DNA from: Deltaproteobacteria bacterium
Lineage (GTDB): Bacteria > SAR324 > NAC60-12
DNA length: 64,000 nucleotides
Assembly (NCBI GenBank): GCA_038133845.1
Contig: JAYPUA010000014.1
Location: 1,471 to 65,470 of the forward strand
Reading direction: 5' to 3'
The stretch's first letter is position 1. Each line of letters begins with the position of its first letter. The notes beneath the pieces were generated by a model. That model saw nothing but the letters and a program-made list of their open reading frames with translations, made no database searches and was not told the DNA's origin. This document shows positions 56,491-64,000 of the stretch, in pieces. Made by a program: the position numbers and the translations under genes.

Positions 56491-58161
56491 ATGGCTCGTT
56501 ACACCTACCAGCCCTTTCCCTACCAGCCCCCGCCAGAACTGAACACAGCGACTGCCTCCGGGCGTCGGTGGCCGGTGGCCATTGTCGGGGCTGGGCCGAT
56601 CGGCCTGGCCGCTGCGATCGACCTGGCCTTGCATGGCGTGGAGAGCGTGGTGCTTGACGACAACAACGTGGTCTCCGTGGGCAGCCGGGCGATCTGCTGG
56701 TCCAAACGGACACTGGAGGTCTTTGACCGACTGGGTGTGGGCGAGCGGATGGTCGACAAGGGGGTGACCTGGCAGCTTGGACGCCTCTTCCACCACGATC
56801 AGGAGGTCTGGAACTTCGACCTGCTTCCGGAATCCGGACACAAGATGCCCGCCTTCATCAACCTGCAGCAGTACTATGTGGAGGAGTACCTCGTGGAGCG
56901 GGTGCAGGACTTCCCGGAGCAGATCGACCTGCGCTGGAAAAACCGGGTGGTGGGTTTGGATTCCTCTGCCGAGGGCGTGCGCCTGCAGGTGGAGACTCCG
57001 GATGGGACCTATGCGGTGGAGGCCGAGTATGTGCTGGCCTGCGACGGGGCGAAGTCCTCGATCCGCGAGATGCTGGGGCTCGAGTTTGCTGGCAAGGTCT
57101 TTGAGGAGCGCTTCCTGATTGCCGACGTCGAGATGCAGGCTGACTTCCCCTCGGAACGCTGGTTCTGGTTTGAACCGCCGTTCCATGCCGGCCAGTCCGC
57201 GCTGCTCCACAAGCAGCCGGACAACATCTACCGCATCGACCTGCAGCTGGGCTGGGAGGCCGATCCGGAGGAGGAAAAGCGTCCGGAGAAGGTCATTCCT
57301 CGCATCCAGGCGGCGGTGGGCGATCGGGAGTTCGAGTTGGACTGGGTTTCGGTCTACACCTTTCAGTGCCGGCGCATGGAACGCTTTGTCCACGGTCGGG
57401 TGCTGTTTGTCGGAGACTCGGCCCACATCGTCTCGCCGTTTGGGGCCCGTGGCGGAAACGGAGGGGTGCAGGATGTCGACAACCTGTGCTGGAAGCTGGC
57501 GGCAGTGCTGCAGGGGCAGGCTCCGGAGAAGTTGCTGGAGAGCTACAACACGGAGCGTATTCATGGGGCGGACGAGAACCTGCTCAACTCCAGTCGCTCC
57601 ACCAACTTCATGACGCCAAAGACCCGGACCGAGCAGGCCTTCCGAGACGCGGTGCTGAGCCTGGCCAAAGAGCACGCCTTTGCACGCCGGCTGGTGAATT
57701 CCGGGAGGCTCTCTCTCCCGGCAACCCTGGAGCCGTCTCCCCTGAACGGAGAGGCGGACGCGGACTTTGCCGGAGTGATGTGTCCGGGGGCCCCGATGCT
57801 GGATGCCCCGGTGCAGTACTCCGGCAAGTCGGCATGGCTGCTGGAGTCCTTTGGCGGGACGTTCCGCCTGCTCCACTTCCCCGGACCAGACACGCCCTCG
57901 ACTCCGGAGGCGTTGCGAGTTGCCGAGGCCGGATTCGAGGCGAACACCATCCTGGTGCATCCTCCGGAAAGCGCCCCTTCGGACGGCTTGGGGCTGGTTG
58001 ACACCGAAGGGCTGGTGCAGCAGCGCTATGAAGGACTCCCGGGCACAACCTACCTGATCCGTCCGGATCAACATGTCGCGGCGCGGTGGCGCACCTGGAG
58101 CCCGGAGGCGGTTCGGCAGGCGCTGAGGCAGGCTACAGGAAACCTCCGGAGAGACCCATGA
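56491..58161 (+). CDS. FAD-dependent aromatic monooxygenase (MhpA/PheA-TfdB family)
   Basis: VGAGPIG, ACDGAKS, VGDSAHIVSPFGARGGN, YLIRPDQHVA. Confidence 0.92.
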   Translation: MARYTYQPFPYQPPPELNTATASGRRWPVAIVGAGPIGLAAAIDLALHGVESVVLDDNNVVSVGSRAICWSKRTLEVFDRLGVGERMVDKGVTWQLGRLFHHDQEVWNFDLLPESGHKMPAFINLQQYYVEEYLVERVQDFPEQIDLRWKNRVVGLDSSAEGVRLQVETPDGTYAVEAEYVLACDGAKSSIREMLGLEFAGKVFEERFLIADVEMQADFPSERWFWFEPPFHAGQSALLHKQPDNIYRIDLQLGWEADPEEEKRPEKVIPRIQAAVGDREFELDWVSVYTFQCRRMERFVHGRVLFVGDSAHIVSPFGARGGNGGVQDVDNLCWKLAAVLQGQAPEKLLESYNTERIHGADENLLNSSRSTNFMTPKTRTEQAFRDAVLSLAKEHAFARRLVNSGRLSLPATLEPSPLNGEADADFAGVMCPGAPMLDAPVQYSGKSAWLLESFGGTFRLLHFPGPDTPSTPEALRVAEAGFEANTILVHPPESAPSDGLGLVDTEGLVQQRYEGLPGTTYLIRPDQHVAARWRTWSPEAVRQALRQATGNLRRDP

Positions 58162-58403
58162 GCTTGATCACTGAACCTCATTTCTTCGACCCTCAGGATC
58201 GTGCACTGTCTCCCACAGCGGCTGGGGACGAGTTCTACGAGGCCCTGATTGCCACCCATCAGGAACTGAGCGACGGGCAGAGCGAGGCGCTCAACGCGCG
58301 CCTGATCCTGCTGCTTTCCAACCACATCGGAGATCTTCAGGTGCTGCACGAAGCCTTGGCGCTGGCCCGTGCCTCCGGGAACGCCGGCGCGTCACCCTCC
58401 TGA
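58158..58403 (+). CDS. DUF2783 family protein
   Basis: DEFYEALIATHQELSDGQSEALNARLILLLSNHIGD; ATG overlaps the monooxygenase stop. Confidence 0.88.
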   Translation: MSLITEPHFFDPQDRALSPTAAGDEFYEALIATHQELSDGQSEALNARLILLLSNHIGDLQVLHEALALARASGNAGASPS

Positions 58404-58427
58404 TCCAACTTCTTTTCAGGACCCATC

Positions 58428-58970
58428 ATGATTGAAAAGATTCATCATGTGGCGTATCGCTGCCACGACGCCAAAGAGACCGTAGAGTGGTACCAGAAGT
58501 ACCTCGACATGGAGTTCGTGTTGGCGATTGCGGAAAACCAGGTCCCCTCGACCAAGGAGCCGGATCCGTACATGCACATCTTCCTGCGTGCCGGCGACGG
58601 CAACATCCTGGCCTTCTTCGAACTGCCCACCAAACCCCCGATGGGGGCGGACCCCAACACCCCGAAGTGGGTGCAGCACTTCGCGATGCAGGTCGACTCC
58701 CGGGATACGCTGCTCCAGGCCAAGGCGCGGCTGGAGGCTGGTGGGGTGGAGGTCGTGGGGCCGACAGACCACACCCTCTTCGAATCCATCTACTTCTTCG
58801 ATCCGAACGGGCTTCGGCTGGAGTTGGCCTACAACAAGGATACTCCGGAGATGAACCTGAAGCTGGACGAGGTGAAGTGGGAGATGCTGGAGGAGTGGTC
58901 CCGGACCAAACGCGCTCCGGAGCATGCCCGCTGGCTGCACGAACAGGCCGGATCAGTTTCGACCTCCTAG
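58428..58970 (+). CDS. VOC/glyoxalase family protein
   Basis: IHHVAYRC, PDPYMHIF, LAFFE, WVQHFA, SIYFFDPNG.RLE. Confidence 0.92.
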   Translation: MIEKIHHVAYRCHDAKETVEWYQKYLDMEFVLAIAENQVPSTKEPDPYMHIFLRAGDGNILAFFELPTKPPMGADPNTPKWVQHFAMQVDSRDTLLQAKARLEAGGVEVVGPTDHTLFESIYFFDPNGLRLELAYNKDTPEMNLKLDEVKWEMLEEWSRTKRAPEHARWLHEQAGSVSTS

Positions 58971-59106
58971 ACCGCAAGGGCCGGAAGTTGGGCGGAGCTT
59001 CGTTTTGAGTTGAGTCTGATGAATGGGGGGCCTAAGTTACTCTCTGGTGCTGAACCCCTAACCGCAGCGAGCCCCAAGCGGGCTCCCGGCTTCCGAGAAA
59101 ACGCGC

Positions 59107-59406
59107 ATGGCCACTGAAGAACGCGGAGTCTACATCTACGCCAACCTGCTTGATCTGAACAACGACGGCAAGGTCGACATGATCTCTTTCCTGGATCCTC
59201 AAGGACGCGGCATCGCCGTGGCCATCGACCGGGCACATGATGGAGAGATGGACCACATCCACGTCTTTCAGGATGTTACAGGAGACGGGAAGCTGGACAT
59301 GGAAGACAAGGAACTCATCCAGCGCGAAGCCGTGAAGATCTTCCAGAGCACCGACCTTCCGGAAGGGCAGATGCGCATCTTCATTGAAGACGGCGGCTAC
59401 GGCTGA
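59107..59406 (+). CDS. Small acidic protein with Dx(D/N)xDG calcium-loop-like motifs
   Basis: DLNNDGKVD and DVTGDGKLD. Confidence 0.7.
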   Translation: MATEERGVYIYANLLDLNNDGKVDMISFLDPQGRGIAVAIDRAHDGEMDHIHVFQDVTGDGKLDMEDKELIQREAVKIFQSTDLPEGQMRIFIEDGGYG

Positions 59407-59760
59407 GCCGTGCCGGAGTTGGCCCGAGACCACTCTCCCTTGAGGTGAAACGGAGCCTTGGGGGCCCGGCTGGGAACCAGCGAGATTGAGCAGTGCGCCG
59501 ACCGGGTGAACTCCGGAAGCTGTGCGCAGTGCGCCCGCCCGTTGTGCATGTTCTCCTGAATCTGCCAAGAGGTCCGCATGCTCTCCAGCACCTCCACCTG
59601 GAGCCGCGCCTCCTCGCGACGTTCACACGCCTCCAGATCCTCTGTCTGATACTCCTCCCAGCACTCTGCATGCTTGGGGATGTGCTCGTGCACGGTAATT
59701 GCAGTTTGACACCCCAAGAGCATTCCCCCTCCGAGACATCCCAACACCGCCAAGGCTTGG
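59397..59760 (-). CDS. Possible small lipoprotein
   Basis: Hydrophobic stretch ending LLGC followed by a Cys-containing domain; start unclear and almost abuts a divergent gene. Confidence 0.35.
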
Positions 59761-59795
59761 CCTGCTCGGAGTTTCTTTCTCCAATTTGCCAGAAG

Positions 59796-60041
59796 ATGGC
59801 TCGTAAGAACAACCTGGACGTGATTATCAACAGCCTCGAGCGCAAGCCCGATGAGTGGCGAGTCGATGAATTTTGGGCGCGGCATCAAAGTGGGGTCACC
59901 CTGTGGATTGGCAATGGCTTCCTCGGCTACCATGTCGAGAAGCCCGAGTATCAGGAGTTCGGTCTGCTGGAACGCATCCGACTCCACAAGGCAGTCAAGG
60001 CCTTGCTGGACTTGAAGCAAGCCCAGGGCCCCTTTCAGTAA
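59796..60041 (+). CDS. Small hypothetical protein (81 aa)
   Basis: MARKNNLDVIINSLERKPDEW...LWIGNG; protein-like composition. Confidence 0.6.
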   Translation: MARKNNLDVIINSLERKPDEWRVDEFWARHQSGVTLWIGNGFLGYHVEKPEYQEFGLLERIRLHKAVKALLDLKQAQGPFQ

Positions 60042-60045
60042 AACC

Positions 60046-61413
<1,368 letters not shown>

Positions 61414-61551
61414 GAATTCCGCAGTGGGTCTGTGCTCGGTGATCGAAGGGGTGTTGATACAGATGACAGAAAAATGTGCTGACTCTCGACAGAGTTTCGG
61501 GTTATTTTGGCCAAGCAAAGGATATTCCATGATCTTGGCTTTGACAGACGC

Positions 61552-62895
61552 ATGAGCAATCTCTTGAAACTCCAGGGCGGTTGGCTCGCCCGATACCTCC
61601 AATTTCGCAGCACTCAGCCCTTTCCCAGCCGGCTCCCGGCCATCTTTCCTCCACCTCCGCCTCCGGATGAGGAGGCGCTGGACCGGCAACTCTATGCCAA
61701 GGTCCATGAGACCGGCATGCTGCTGGGATGCCCGGTGGTCTCTGCAGAGATGCAGCAGCAGGCACGCCGCCTGCGGTTCCCGGAACCTCAAGGGGGAACG
61801 CTGTTTCTCTTTCTGGAGACACTGCTGCGGCTGGTTCGGGAAGAGGAGGAGCTGATTCAGACGCCCAGCCACCCGATTGAGGTGCGGACCACCTGGCACC
61901 TGGTACAACTGCTCCAGTACTTTCTCCCGGAGAGCTACTATCAACTCCCGACCAACGTCCCGCTTCCGGAGCTCCTGCAGAACTCCGAGGTGCTGCACAG
62001 CGCCCTGCACCGTGTGGAGAAGGCGCTGCTGGAAGAGGTGGCCATTGCCGGCTACTCCAACGACCCGCGGCAGAACGCCTTCGTGTTCCTGCACATCTAC
62101 ACCTTCCTGCGCTGGCAGCGGGCCCTGCGCCTCCCGGCAGGCCCTCCTCTGGCGGTGATCCGTCAGCAGGACATGCAGTTTCGCAAAGAGCTGCTGCTGG
62201 CCCTCATCGCCCTGATCTGGGCGGATGATCAGATCACCGACATCGAGCGGCAGGTGATCACCAACTACCTGGACCAGTCCGGGCTGCCCTTCTCGGTCCG
62301 CCGGGAGATGCTGCAGCACCTGCAGCGTCCGTATCGCCTGGAGCTGCTCCGCCTCGAGCGCACCACTCCCATTCTGCGTCAGTACCTGATTGAGCAGATG
62401 ATCCTGCTCTCCCTCATCGACAACAGCCAGGCTCGTGAAGAGTTGGAGCTGATTGCCGGGACGGCCCGTCAGCTGGGAACCTCGGAGGAGGAGCTGGAGC
62501 TGATCTATGCGGCGGTCGCGGACTTCTTCTCGCGCTATGCCAGCCGTTTCACCTTCCTGCACAACAACCCGGCGGTTCGTCAGATGCAGGAATACGTCGA
62601 GGAGAACGTGATCAAGGTGGTCAAGCTGAACCTGGGACGAATCATCCGGGAGATTCAGGAGACCCGAGAGCTTTACGATCTGCTGATCAAGGCCGGGACC
62701 ACGCCGCTGACCGAAGAGGAGCGCCGTCGGGTCAACGAGCAGATCAAGGACATCCTCAAGGCGATCCCGGCGCTGGCGCTGTTTGCGCTCCCCGGAGGCT
62801 CGCTGTTGCTGCCGGTGGTCATCAAGCTCCTGCCCTTCAACATCCTGCCCAGCTCCTTCCAGGAGGCTCCTGAGGGAGCCGGAGCGCGCTCATGA
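61552..62895 (+). CDS. TerB-like / LETM1-related protein
   Basis: LIWADDQITDIE and IDNSQAREE TerB-like repeats; C-terminal DILKAIPALALFALPGGSLLLP...LPSSF LETM1-like motif. Confidence 0.75.
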   Translation: MSNLLKLQGGWLARYLQFRSTQPFPSRLPAIFPPPPPPDEEALDRQLYAKVHETGMLLGCPVVSAEMQQQARRLRFPEPQGGTLFLFLETLLRLVREEEELIQTPSHPIEVRTTWHLVQLLQYFLPESYYQLPTNVPLPELLQNSEVLHSALHRVEKALLEEVAIAGYSNDPRQNAFVFLHIYTFLRWQRALRLPAGPPLAVIRQQDMQFRKELLLALIALIWADDQITDIERQVITNYLDQSGLPFSVRREMLQHLQRPYRLELLRLERTTPILRQYLIEQMILLSLIDNSQAREELELIAGTARQLGTSEEELELIYAAVADFFSRYASRFTFLHNNPAVRQMQEYVEENVIKVVKLNLGRIIREIQETRELYDLLIKAGTTPLTEEERRRVNEQIKDILKAIPALALFALPGGSLLLPVVIKLLPFNILPSSFQEAPEGAGARS

Positions 62896-64000
62896 GGTGG
62901 CTTGGGGAGTGGGAGCTTCGCTTGTGGCAGGGCGTGTATCCGGTGCTGTTGCAGGCGCTGCTGCAACTGGTCAAGCGCAAGGCGCTCCGGGACAAGAACC
63001 TGCAGGACGGGCTTCAGGGACGCGAGGGGCTGTGGGAGCGGCTGGGGGCGCAGGTTGCAAAACGGAGCTGGGGCCGCCCTCTCGTCTGGTTCCATGTCGC
63101 CAGCGCCGGAGAGTTCCTGCAGGCACTCCCGGTGATGGAGCGCTGCGTAGCCCGGGGGTGGGAGTGCGGCCTGACCTACAGCTCCGTCAACGCCTTGCGC
63201 TGGCTGGAACGGATGTCGTCGCGCCTCCCCCTCGGTGTGGTGTTTACCGAGTTCCTCCCTGCAGACACGCGCTGGAACGCGCAGCGGCTGCTGGCCACCG
63301 TCCAGCCCCAGTCCCTGGTTTTCGTGAGTTACGATCTCTGGCCTCAGCTGATCTGGGAAGCTTCCCGGCAGCAGGTGCCGCTGTTCCTGATCTCGGCGAT
63401 CGTCCACTCCGGGTCGTTCCGGGAGGCGCACCCCCTGGGGCGCAGCCTCTACCGCACGCTGTATCGGCAGTTTGATCGGATGTTTGCCGTCTCCGAGGAA
63501 GATGCCGCGCGCATCCGGAGGAGCGTGGGAGGGGGCGTGAACCTTCAAGTCACCGGAGACACTCGCTGCGACAGCGTCCTTGAACGCCGAGATCGCATGG
63601 CCCCGCTGGAGTGGCCGGAGTGGCTTCGAGAGCGGTTTGTCTTCGTGGCCGGGAGCATCTGGCCGGAAGATGAGCGGTGCATCGCTTCCACGCTGAATCA
63701 GAGCCTCCACAAGCATCCGGAGCTGTTGGTGATTCTGGCTCCGCACGAGCCGACCCCGGAACACCTCAACTCCGCAGAGGAAGCTTTTCAGGACTGGCCG
63801 CAGGCGCGCTGGAGTGAGTACGGCGTCAAATTGTCACCGGAGACACGTGTGCTGGTGATTGATGCGGTCGGAGTGTTGGCGCAATTGTACCAGGTGGCTC
63901 AGGCGGCCTTTGTCGGGGGAGCGTTCACCACGGGGGTGCACAACACCATGGAGCCCGCCTCGTTTGGGGTTCCGGTGGTGTTTGGTCCCCGGTTCGACAA
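62892..64000 (+). CDS. waaA: Kdo transferase, truncated at the window edge and absent from the ORF track
   Basis: Manual translation from ATG 62892: VWFHVASAGEF, VTGDTRCD, AGSIWPED, ILAPHEP, FVGGAF...HNTMEPASFGVPVVFGP. Confidence 0.92.
   Translation, partial: MRWLGEWELRLWQGVYPVLLQALLQLVKRKALRDKNLQDGLQGREGLWERLGAQVAKRSWGRPLVWFHVASAGEFLQALPVMERCVARGWECGLTYSSVNALRWLERMSSRLPLGVVFTEFLPADTRWNAQRLLATVQPQSLVFVSYDLWPQLIWEASRQQVPLFLISAIVHSGSFREAHPLGRSLYRTLYRQFDRMFAVSEEDAARIRRSVGGGVNLQVTGDTRCDSVLERRDRMAPLEWPEWLRERFVFVAGSIWPEDERCIASTLNQSLHKHPELLVILAPHEPTPEHLNSAEEAFQDWPQARWSEYGVKLSPETRVLVIDAVGVLAQLYQVAQAAFVGGAFTTGVHNTMEPASFGVPVVFGPRFD

Noticed and set aside
59010-59105. Hammerhead ribozyme (CTGATGA core)
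   Set aside because: No properly placed stem II-GAAA-stem III could be formed.
61414-62562. N-terminal extension of the 838-aa minus-strand ORF
   Set aside because: It is antisense to the LETM1/TerB-like gene; a signal peptide begins at ATG 61413.

Overview
GC-rich bacterial chromosomal window, mostly housekeeping. Gene content and protein style suggest a deltaproteobacteria-like lineage such as SAR324; this is inference only. From left to right: a pentapeptide-repeat gene; a minus-strand run rpoB-rpoC-thioesterase-tkt-rpiA-gap-methyltransferase-small ORF, with rpoBC detached from ribosomal protein genes; ffs (SRP RNA)-dnaX-ybaB-lipoate ligase; mscS and a histidine phosphatase; a polyol operon (smoEFGK, sorbitol DH, HAD, mannitol DH, PfkB kinase, GatZ/KbaZ-family epimerase) containing a decayed ~550-bp tandem duplication and GTAG-type REPs; deoC-GFA-larB-larC-larE-AKR-NagA-like; MATE; ftsH-psd-fabI; an XRE regulator and NMO/FabK-family flavoprotein; ahcY operon; an orphan kinase; a small gene with a consensus sigma28 promoter; gshB; prfB (+1 frameshift); yajQ; an FAH-MBL-FAD monooxygenase-DUF2783-VOC aromatic cluster; FGE-domain and LETM1/TerB-like genes; and a partial waaA. 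The best candidate for an undescribed system is the nickel-pincer cofactor biosynthesis set larBCE, which has no larA in the window and is tightly coupled to an aldo-keto reductase and a NagA-like hydrolase. A second window-wide signal is strong over-representation of the palindrome TCCGGA, which drops out over parts of the polyol operon. No tRNA, rRNA, CRISPR array, transposase or integrase was seen. All calls come from reading the sequence and ORF track; no database searches were run.
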